Source of the DNA: Trichoplax adhaerens
Lineage: Eukaryota; Animalia; Placozoa
Length of the DNA: 64,000 nucleotides
NCBI RefSeq assembly: GCF_000150275.1
Contig: NW_002060946.1
Coordinates: forward strand, 3,243,454-3,307,453
Direction of reading: 5' to 3'
The notes beneath the pieces were generated by a model that did no database searches, was not told the DNA's origin, and saw only the letters and a list, made by a program, of their open reading frames with translations. Every line of letters starts with the position of its first letter. The first letter of the stretch is position 1. Both the position numbers and the translations under genes were made by a program. This document shows, in pieces, positions 15,601 to 26,300 of this stretch.

Positions 15601-16626
15601 AATGAACGGAGAAAAAGACCGACATCTATGGCAGACTTGTCGGCTACAGAAGGTGCTAGTGATGAAGTAGACAAAGGACAAGCAGAGTCAGAGCAAATCT
15701 ATACTGAAATTGTAGATGCTAAAGTTGAAGGAACCGACGAAGGAAAGATAACAACTGAAAAAAAACGAGGATTCAAAATCAAAACCCCCAACATTAAAAC
15801 GTCCAATATTAAAACAAACTTCATGGGGTTCTTTAAGCGCTCAGGCGATTCAAAGTCGTCTAAACAGAAGGTAGCTGAAGAGAAAGCAGTTGGAGAAAAG
15901 CAGCCAGAAGAGGAGAAAGTAATTCTGTATAATTTTTTAATTTTGAAGTAAACCGTGCCACCGCTATTGCCATTCTATTAACAACAAGCAATATTATAGG
16001 AGTAAAATTAACTATATTGAATTCTCATGAATGATAAAATTTTGTTAAAAGCAGGAAGAAGTGGCAGAAGCATCTTTAGAAATACATGTAGAAGAAGGTC
16101 AAAAGCTCGATCATATCACTAAAACTCGTGCAGCTGGCCCACCACGACGTAGGCCACCAACACGTCCAGTTTTGGGTACCGATGAAGATCAAGAAGCAAA
16201 TGGCGAAAAAAAGAAAAATGATGGGTAATATAGTATTCCTGAGCATTTTTTGAAGAGCTGATGACTTCTCTGTGCTATCATGATTGTATAATTCATCCCA
16301 TAGCCCATAGTATCAGGGTAGCTAATCAAAAATATGGCCTATTAATTTAGGCAAAATGGAGAGGTAGAAGATGAAGACGACATTTATGAAAATAGCATTA
16401 GCATGGATGAACTGAAAGGTACAATAATTTATTGATTAAATCTAAAATAATTGTGTTAACATCAGTCGCTTATAGTCAAAACTACTACTTACTATTGAAG
16501 CTTAGAATCAAATTACATATCCATTTCATTAATGTCATCACATCCCTCTAATTTATTACACAATCCTAAATCTCGCACTTTACGAATTATTTTATAGCTG
16601 CAGCAGCGACTACCGATGCAAAATAA
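3684..16626 (+). CDS. CARMIL: CARMIL/LRRC16 family capping-protein regulator (PH-like N-terminus, LRR domain, CPI motif); multi-exon
   Basis: Spliced reading: MAAEQSQQG|TMSVGK...VVAKGDKIENRIL|ALAPYRFYLL...; CGGYSRMYMCLSSYYHTAYREEVAW|DIDTIY (CARMIL 'CGGFS..Y.C..D......REEVQWDVDTIY' block, ~7658-7915); many RI-type LRR exons (LTKLDLSGNNLEDKG, LRSLDISGNGMGNKGAKILAK); CPI-like motif LDHITKTRAAGPPRRRPPT at ~16106-16162; stop TAA at 16624-16626. Span includes introns. Confidence 0.93.
8230..8900. repeat. Degenerate intronic tandem repeat (~120 bp unit, about 5 copies)
   Basis: Recurring 'tagattat...caaatagcttagctacgt.ttgcatttt...aaacaagattat..tcttcta.ctt' inside one CARMIL intron. Confidence 0.65.
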
Positions 16627-18263
16627 AAAGTGAAAGAGAATTAGGTAAAATGTCTCACGTGATATAGGACTTGAAATTTCATCCTAGTATATATTACTAC
16701 ATTCGTAAGAATAGAAAATAATTTTAAATTCTACATGATAAATCACTACTTACTTAAATACTACGAGATGCTACTTATTACGAATAGCATATTGTACTAG
16801 ATCTGTCACTGCTTATTTAGTATTATTATTACTTCTTTCTATAGGAAATTTGTATCAGTAAAAGAAATAGCAAGTCGAAAAGCCGAAACTTTTCAATGAA
16901 TTTCTGAATGATATTCTATTTGACAAATACAGTATATTTTAACTATTGAGATATACACGTAATAGCTAGCTTTCTTGATACCTTGTCAAGCAGTGAGACA
17001 TTTACCATTTTTACTTTAACTAAAAATTACAATTTTCGATAGTTACTTGTATGAATGATTGATTTGGCTGCTAATTGATTTCAAACTTTATTTTATGTGA
17101 TGATATCCTGTTTAGAGTTTAAGTCTTGTCCTGCAATGAAATTTGCATGATCGTGCTTGTTGCGATGAAAATTGGTTTCAATTTTGCATAATCATTTCAT
17201 TTGTAGTTGTAATGAACTTTGAGTAGCGATTAATATTGACTTAAAATCAATGCTGATTTATAAATTATTAACCATGATCTTAAATTTTACTTGAATCATT
17301 GGATAATTCAGCTTCTACTTCTAACGTTGGCATTGCCTTGCCTTTTTCAGCTGTATTTAAAACTATTGTTTCTGCTTGTTTTTGTATTTTTGATGACAGA
17401 TAGGCGTAAAGAAGTGTTCTATCAACTTTAGTATTACTATAAATTTTAGATTATAGTAGTAATGATATCTTCGATTCTGACTGCAGTAGATGTCAAGATA
17501 ATTTTAATTGTTGATTAATAAAATGTCCGCTTTCTACTAACGACTAATTGTGAACGAGATTGTTAGAAGGTTGACTGTTGTATCAATGCTAACATGCGAT
17601 AGGCGAGAGTTTCGATAGGGCTTTGAAATCATTTTATGATATAATTTCTATATTACCAAATCCAAATTGTAAAGTAAGTAATAATGCTAATTTTATTTGT
17701 AGTCCTATATTTACATTGCATGCTGTAGCGATAGTGTTGATGCTACACTTGCTACAGTTAGGATAGGCTAAATGACATTTATCGTTAACTTACATATTAT
17801 ACCCGTACGTTCACTGTAGATAGTTAAGCCCGAAATTGTATCGTATAATATAAGTAAATATTTCGCTTTAATCTAAAAGCTATGCAAGAAGAATAGTAAA
17901 GTTGAATTTGTTGCTATCGGTAGATATTTTTCAAAAATGAAAAAGTGCAATACATTTTATATTCAACTCTATTGTAGTGGTTTACATTGTAATTCTTCAT
18001 GATATCACACATTTTTTTGTACATTAAGAATAGATAACTACTCCGTAGCTAATTTTGAAGAGGAAATAACCTTCTTCGTCAAAGACTAAGAGGGTAAATA
18101 TTAAGAAAGAGCTTAATGTATCATAAAGAGGGCCACAATTAGAAAAAGACAACAAGTTAGTGCAGTTGGTGGCAAATGCTGTCGCCAACACCAGATGGTA
18201 TCAAAGTATAGCCTCTTAATTTAATGTTCGTCATGTGTCTTGTGGAAAGTGCTCATCTTCGCG

Positions 18264-21200
18264 CTACCAGAGATCGTCCGATTTGTTAAATATTTTGCTA
18301 TATGCCAATATAGTCAAGTAGACGATTACGGAGCCACCAAGTATTAATCCCATAGCACCAGGTTGAATCTATTCAATTAAATTGACAGTGATGTTGATAT
18401 GCGCATTCAATGATTGTAGTTAGAACTGAATTTGTGTTATTCCGTGAATTGCTGTATTAAGATGGAATCACGATACGGTAACAATTACTTACAATCTTAG
18501 TGTGAGCCAAAAGCATAGGAAATGCTGTAGGATGATGGTAAGAATGGAAAGATGCATTAGTGGTAGCAAATTTCCTCAAGTATTTGTATTGTGATGACGG
18601 TTTAGTTCATAATAAGAGTTGAAAGTAAAAATATTATTAGCCAGTACTTACCAAAACCTGAAGTGACAAATACCGCGGTGCAGTATATTGCTATATCCTT
18701 ACCAACACTATCGAAAGGAATAAGAGTACCGCAGCAGTTAAATGATGTTATTACCAGGTAAAATTGCTCTAGACACATTTGATATCATTTCTCATTTATT
18801 CAGGTTTATTGTTGATGAGAAGTAATGCTCTACCATATGGTCTACCGTCATAATTGCTGTGATATCGTACAATGTCACTATAACTCGAGAAAGTTGGAGC
18901 AAGTTCAAGTTTATTGTATGCATAGACTTTGCCTAGTAACAGTCCGCTAATTCAACTATACTCTGCAAAGTGAAAGATATCAAGATGTACTCTTGCCTGG
19001 TGCAGTATATCCATCAGTGTCAATAGTAGTATGAATATCACATACGCATACAGTAATATGGTTACGTTATAGTTAGTATCGTCTGCTGTACAATCTATAT
19101 TCATCTCTATTTTTACTACACTACGACCATAAACAATTATGAAATACTGTATGTCCAATTTTATCACCCAAATGGCAAGATTTTTTATACACATCGATCG
19201 ATGGTACGCGTAGAAAGATTAATTTCTTGGTAAAGTAAATTACTGTTAGTAAGTGATTAAGTTAATGGACATCTTTTTGAAAAGAATCGGTAACTAGAAA
19301 GTAAAGGCGTCGATAGTATCAAAGTATCGTCATGGACATTGATTACATGATCGTACCCGCTCTCCGTGCCAAAATCCCCTTGAAGTCGATTAGCAATCAT
19401 GATGGGTATCGGTGCCAAGACATAAAAGATAACTGTGGTTGAAAAGAATCATTAATTCTATCTCTGTATCTAATTAATTCTATATTAATGTATGTAGTAT
19501 ACTCAATACGCTGATATAAGAATATCATAGCAATGTAGCCATTCCATAAGTCCTTTCCTACCGCTTTTGACATTCACTTACCGATAAACATAGGCCACCA
19601 ACAACTAAAAAATATTGAAGAAAAAGAGAATGAATGACGATGTTATAACTTTGTAATAAATTTTTTATTAGCATAACAATTATTTAGCGATCGTTGTTCT
19701 AGGCAATCAAGCCATTTCTCAATCATCCTACGATCATTAAGCAATCAATCGATCGTATTCTCTTCATTTTACAATCAATCAATTGAATCTTTGACTAGTC
19801 AAAATTATCGGTACTTACTCATATTCAGGTAATGCACATCCGAGGACATCCAAGAGGATACCACAAGCGAATGAAAACGTAATTGCGACAAGGCTAGAGT
19901 AGGGAAGAAAAAATAAGGGAATGAATTTAGCAAAACGGATGTAGAAGCCACAGTATTTCAAAGTCATTATAAGTCACTGTTTGTCTATGATTGTATAGAG
20001 AGGATCAATACATCCTTTCCAACGTAAACTAAAGTCGAGATATCACTACAGAAGGGTAGTCCGGTTTTAATGTTAAATTTATTATCGATTGCATTGCTAA
20101 TCGATAATGTTTTGGATGGGCCATTTTGTCCATTACGTCATCGTGCTACTTTTACTGGTACTGGTAGTACCAGTCATGGTAACGCGGTTTGACTTCTGAT
20201 GCGGCATTTCCATACACAACATTAGACTAGGACATTGCTCTTGATTGACTATGCATCACGCAATCGCGTTCAAGACGTCACAATCGAAGTTAAAGAAAAG
20301 GATTTGTAGGCTTTAGGATTGACAGTGGAGACGATCGAATGGCGATCAAATTGTAAGGCATACAAGCAAAAGAACAGATGATTTGAACTGATCAAGGGCA
20401 GAATAGGAATAGAGTCTAGTTTCGGACTGTAGATACTGTCTTGGATGGTATCAATGAAGTCTGCTCGAGCCGATTTGTAATGGTGTATTGACAGTGAAGA
20501 TGGCTAAATGACGGCCGAGTTTCAATGCATACAGCCCAGTACAAGCAAAAGAATGGATGTTTTGAAAGTGATCAAGGATAGTAGTAAATAGGAATAAAGT
20601 GTCGGTAAGGACGCCATGTACCATCTTTGATGGCATCCATGGACTTGACTACAACTGATTGAAATGGCCATGATTATAATGAACAACTTACGCTGGTGTC
20701 GCAATTCAATCAAAAGGATGCAACAAGAGGACAAGAACCCGATAGGATCGACGTCCAGTAGGAATGGATACCCAATACATCGTCGCAGTATTATCCCATA
20801 GCGATCATATTAGAATGGGGATAGAATGAAGAGAAATTGAATTAGTATGATGTATACCGTGTAAGAAGAGAATTGGATTTGAACAAAATTCACCTGGCGT
20901 CGTAATTCAATCCAAAGGATGCAACAAGAGGACAAGAACCCGATAGGATCGACGTCCAGTAGGAATGGATACCCAATACATTGTCGCAGTATTATCCCAT
21001 AGCGATCATATTAGAATGGGGATAGAATGAAGAGAAATTGAATTAGTATGATGTATACCGTGTAAGAAGAGAATTGGATTTGAACAAAATTCACCTGGCG
21101 TCGTAATTCAATCCAAAGGATGCAACAAGAGGACAAGAACCCGATAGGATCGACGTCCAGAAGGAATGGATACCCAATAAATCGTCGCAGTATTATCCCA

Positions 21201-21311
21201 TAGCGATCATATTGGAATGGCGATAGAGTCAAGAGAAATTGAATTAGTATGATGAGTACCGTGTAAGAAGAGAATTGGATTCCAACAAAATTCACCTTTA
21301 ATTCCTGCCAT
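18264..21311 (-). CDS. LEPROT: Leptin receptor gene-related protein / Vps55 family (LEPROT/LEPROTL1)
   Basis: Exons 21311-21296, 20692 (1 nt), 19893-19819, 19604-19582, 19432-19357, 18707-18652, ~18525-18491, ~18369-18264. They give MAGIKALVAITFSFACGILLDVLGCALPEYDCWWPMFIVIFYVLAPIPIMIANRLQGDFGTESGVGKDIAIYCTAVFVTSGFAFPMLLAHTKIIQPGAMGLILGGSVIVYLTILAYSKIFNKSDDLW*, collinear with the LEPROT/LEPROTL1 four-TM family. Confidence 0.93.
20693..21295 (-). repeat. Three tandem 201-bp units, each a complete GT...AG intron
   Basis: Units 21295-21095, 21094-20894 and 20893-20693. On the minus strand each begins GTGAATTTTGTT and ends ...CCAG; the units differ by a few substitutions. Confidence 0.92.
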
Positions 21312-21685
21312 ACTGTAGAGGTTGTTGTTGTTGTGGAAGAATGATGATGATCGATCGACGAGATGCTGAAGGTTAACGGTCTAGTCGAGGGGTGCCGGGG
21401 CTGCTCATAAATGACACTTGATTGTGGTGCTGTCCGTCCGCTCGTCCACGCAAGCCTGTGCTGTACTGCGCAGTGTACAGCAGCAGTGCTGAATTCAAGC
21501 TACTGTACCGGACCGAACCGAACCGTTCTGATCTGGACTGTCCTGCTCGTTTGTTTACCAACTAGAGAGAAAATTTTTTTTCCAGGTACAAGTCTGCTAT
21601 TGTTCTGGTCCAGGGCGACATGGGTTTTGCGCAGAGAAAGTTGTTGAGACATTTTGGGGAGTGAATTATACAGGTGTAGTACAGC

Positions 21686-22130
21686 AGAGTGACTACATGA
21701 AGTTAGGTACCCTTAAGAGATGATTGGCAAAAGCCAATGGAAATGAATTTTTCAAGTGTCTTGTTGATTCCTAGTCATGGCTGGGGCATTTTTTCACGAA
21801 ATGATGACATAGTGTACCCCAGGTATAGTATAGTATCGTAGAGTGACTACGTGAAGTGAGGTACCCTTGAGAGATTTGTACTCTTAAGCAAATGGAAATA
21901 AATTTTTCAAGTATCTTGTTGATTCCTAGTCATGGCTGGGGCATTTTTTCACTAAATGATGACATAGTGTACCCCAGGTATAGTATAGTATCGTAGAGTG
22001 ACTACGTGAAGTGAGGCACCCTTGAGAGATCATTGGGATAAGCAAATGGAAATGAATTTTTCAAGTGTCTTTCCACACATCCTGTAATGTTCGCTAGTGG
22101 CTTAGTGACAGTGGTGACCCTTGAGAGATC
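21686..22130. repeat. Tandem repeat, ~154 bp unit, ~2.6 copies
   Basis: 'agagtgactac.tgaagt.aggtaccctt.agaga...aatggaaat.aatttttcaagt' starts at ~21686, ~21840 and ~21994. Confidence 0.85.
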
Positions 22131-22831
22131 ATGTTTTGCAATCATTTTACGAGTGGAATCTCTACTTGCTCTCCGCTTCAGGGAACATTCTCATTTTTGA
22201 GTCAGCCCATTTTCTCCTCCATTTTATACCGTTGTATGACGTTTTACAAGTGCTACTGTATAGTATACAGTGTCGTACACAGAGGCAAGCTAGCAGGTGA
22301 CATTATTTGTAGGCAAAGAGCCCCTCTCTTGTGCTGGTTCCATTGCACAACAAACCATGTTAAAATACATGCCTGTAGAGTGTGTGTGTGTACTTATGCT
22401 ATATGCATGAATAGATGTTGTTTTATCGCAATTGATTTTATAAATTCAAGTTTTATCCTTCAATTGGCCTTCTTCCGTTGCATGGAAATGAAGAAATGGA
22501 ATCCATTTTGCAAGATTGGAACATCATTTCCAAGGCCTAGCTACTAGTCTACTTTGGCACAAGAACAAGATTTTGATGGACACCTCCAATGTCTGTCCGT
22601 CCAAAAGAAAGATGGTACAGGCACTGTATCAAGACAGGAAGATGGCCGATATTGGACCCTCTTTACCCCATTTTCCCATGGGTATTGTATGCTGTTGAAA
22701 GTGTGGAAAGGGACAGTCTTCTACCAAATACTGCTTTGCAATTGTTTTTCTTTGTAATTAATCATTCATTCTCATCTGCTGACGTCATGACCCCGAGTCA
22801 GCCATAACAACCGACCCTCGTCATCAGCCCA

Positions 22832-22950
22832 CCACACAGTCACACACACACACAGTCAGACACACACACGGTCACACACACACACAGTCACACACACACA
22901 CAGTCACACACACACACAGTCACACACACACACAGTCACACACACACAGT
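22832..22950. repeat. Compound CA microsatellite (cagtcacacacacaca)n
   Basis: Directly visible; a short (GA)n run also lies at ~23220-23238. Confidence 0.95.
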
Positions 22951-23319
22951 GGTAGCGGCCAACAACAAGGACGCCATTAAACCCTTTGCAAATCCTCCAT
23001 TAGCGCTTTCCAGTTGGCATCGTTTGCATGAGAAAAACTGCAAGAACTTTTCTTCTTGACTGCATTGATGCATAGAAAAAGAACAAATTGAAACGGATTG
23101 ATCGCTTAAAATACTGATTGAATTGTTAATTGTAGGCGTAATTGAATTAAATTGATCATCACCCATCTCAGTGGTTGCTTGTTGGTGATCCAATTCAAAA
23201 GAATTCTTGCATCGTGTTGGAGAGAGAGAGAGAGAGAAAGAGGGGAAAAAATACCCCCCAAATTATCCATTAAATTACTACCAAACAAGCGAACTATCCA
23301 TTGATTATCGCCATTAACA

Positions 23320-26300
23320 ATGGCTGATTCTTCTTCTCCTATGGCATCGACACAAACCCAAGTCAAAGTGGTCGACCCTTCCAAGAAAATTTGGTGCTCA
23401 AGTCGTGATACTATCGCTGCCTCTGAGCGCGGCGTTGTAACCAGACGCAATAAGAAAGTGGAGAGACCCAGTAATCATATTATTGAAGAAGTAATTGAAC
23501 CTTTGCATTTACTTGGAGCCTTTGTTGGCTACCATTCGCCCAAGTATAAGACATTAGCCAGTATTTGCCTTTTCCTTTTCTACCTCAACTTGATCATTTC
23601 GTCCACTTTTATCGTCTATTTTACGGCCATCAATCTCTACCTCATCGTCTATTGCATCGTCGCTGTCATGTATACCCTTAGCGCTGGTTTATGTGCTTAC
23701 TATGTCAACACTAGAACGCTGCCCTATATCGAAAAATCCATCAAAGCGCTCTATCGTGATAAATTATATATCGATAGTTTAGAATCGGTTCGAGAATTAA
23801 ATAAGGTAAGTCTAGTCATGATGGGATACAATCCATTCAATTCTTGTTGTTTTTCTGCACTTTCTCAACTGCTTGTCTTGTCCAACAATTCATCCTGCCT
23901 CCGCCGTCTTGACAATATCCGACATGCAGCAACAAGTTTCGTCCACAGTTGGACACTCTCTTCATTCTTCAAAATTCATTTTTTTCCATCCCCTTTTTCC
24001 TTCAACAAAGTCCTTTTCTATCTTTAACCTTCAACAACATCCTTCCTACCCAATGAAGAGGTAAAATGGAGTCAATCAGTCGGGTATAAGTTTATTAAAG
24101 ATCCAAATTCTCCTGATCATGACGATACTTGTCGATAACAACGTCATCACGTACAATCGTCTAACCATTTTTCCCCAATACCTTTCCTTCGCTACGTTCA
24201 AGAAGGTAAATGGGACAAGAAAACTCTTTAACGCCATGAAAATAGCCATGAGATGAGAATCAATAGTAATCAGTCCATTGGATAATGATAAAATTCGCAA
24301 GAAATGCAATATTGTCATGATGGAATCGATCATAAACAACGTTGTTTATTTTTCTTTCTGCCATCATTCATAATCTATCTTTTTTTTTTTTTTCCCATCA
24401 ATGCCATCATAAATTTTTCTCCATCGCTGACTTGCAAGATGGAAAAGATAACCTAAATGATGAAGGCGCTAGTAGATACAAGCAATGTTGTATGAAATGC
24501 ATGTTAATGCATTTTTCCGATCTGATTTAAACTTTCATGCCTTGACAGCGCGATCAGATCATTTTTGTTGACAACATTGAAATTTTGCTTTACATTATTG
24601 TGAATGCGCTCGTACCATTTTTCTCCTTTCCCAATCTTACATTAAGGTCATGCTTGCCTTTTCCATAAATTAGACAAATGAAATGATGATCAACGCTACT
24701 CTACTACTGTCCATCATTGACTAGGAAATAACATTAATAAATCCTTATCAATGCTTGGCGATCCTTACTGCACGCGTGGCCATTTTTGAACTCTTCTCTC
24801 CATCACAGTTCACAGTTTCAAGGAGAGAGAAAAAAAATACTCCATTGTTGACCGTTAACCAGTTTTGGGGGCCAAGGATAACATTACTGTTAAACCTAAC
24901 AAATCCAATCCCAATAATCAATGTGCCTGTCCAGTAAAAAGCTAATAGGCTGTCTTGTACAAATGAGAGAAATTTCCATATTTTGGCCATAATCAGACAT
25001 GGCTTCTATCCCACATCCCTCATTATTCATAATCAAATTGGCCAGTAATCCAATGGAAAATCCCTCCCATTTCTTATGCGGTTCAATTCATTAATTATGA
25101 CAGAGAAAAACATTGGAAAAGGATGAAGAATCGCTTTGATGCATGTCTGTATGTTGCACCACTTTGTCAAGCAATTTCTGAATCATTTCCATCAACCAGC
25201 TATTAAGGAAAGAAAACGCACTCATGACTGCATTGATAGAGGGTGTTGAAAACTATTCTATTCAACTGTCAAATTGACAATCCTGGTTGTAGTCGAACAA
25301 ACTTTTGCCTTGATTCACTTTAAGGTGCTAAAATCAAAAATCTCCTACACAATTTTCTATTAATAACTGGATGTCATCAATGATTGATGATCTATTGAAA
25401 CAAGAATAAAAATGGATTTAATCCGGTCTTATTCTGGCCGTATTCAATAACATTTCTACGTGATGGACTATTGATGCTGTTACAGCTAAATCAAAGTCTT
25501 TTTAAAAGAATTTTTATTTCTCTTTTCTCCCCTTGACGCTAATCTAATTTTATTTATTTTTTTCCCCCTTTTTTGCTGTCTTTCCTTCCATTGCTAAGGG
25601 TTCATTTTAGGCAATGGTAGACATCAACATTGAATTAATTTTACCACAACAGTGATCGATGATCCAATGCTATTGAAAATGGCATATTACCGTCGGCTGA
25701 AAACTAGACATCACAGCTGTCATCATGTAATTTCAATAATGATAGAGTAGATGATAAATTTAAACCTCCACTAGATTCCTTTTTCAATTCTACAGTACTT
25801 TAAGCTACCGATGGAGTTCTACCCCATCCTGTTTATTTATTGGTATCAAGGGTAATTATCCCGGGTTAATGAAACCTTTTAGACTTGCTTACACAACACC
25901 AGCTGGCTGGCCCCAAGTTGATAATACCCATTTCATGCAATTTAATGAATATATCGATACGATGAGCCATCTTGCTTAAGTTCATATTGAATTGGATATT
26001 GAAATCGATAGTATACTTTACTGTACTAGCCATCGACATCGTTAAATCCAATATTAAGTTTAGATTCATTCTGTGCGTTTATTGGACCACTTGATAGCAA
26101 GTTTAAAATTGGATTACAACAACAAGATACACGTTATCAATGCGCTAGTGAAAATTGGCTTTCACTAGCCAATTTTAATACGTGGATGATTTCAATCATG
26201 GAAGTAAAAAACTTCCACCTTTCCATCGTAGCGATATCTCCATGATTTCTACCCATGTTGAAATGTTAATCCATAATCTCTGCCTTTTTTCACCATAGTG

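Noticed and set aside
20150-20213. Alternative LEPROT first exon (MEMPHQ.../MTGTT)
   Set aside because: The nearby GT donors are phase 1, incompatible with the phase-2 acceptor at 19893, and the sequence lacks the conserved MAGIK.
21011-21295. 94-aa hydrophobic minus-strand ORF in the 201-bp repeats
   Set aside because: It starts at the intron's GT(G) donor, is out of frame with MAGIK, and stays open only because the unit length is a multiple of 3. The other copies carry a stop.
22131-23193. Several 60-138 aa ORFs between LEPROT and the 7TM gene
   Set aside because: No recognisable motifs, they overlap microsatellites, and they are probably chance ORFs in locally GC-richer DNA.
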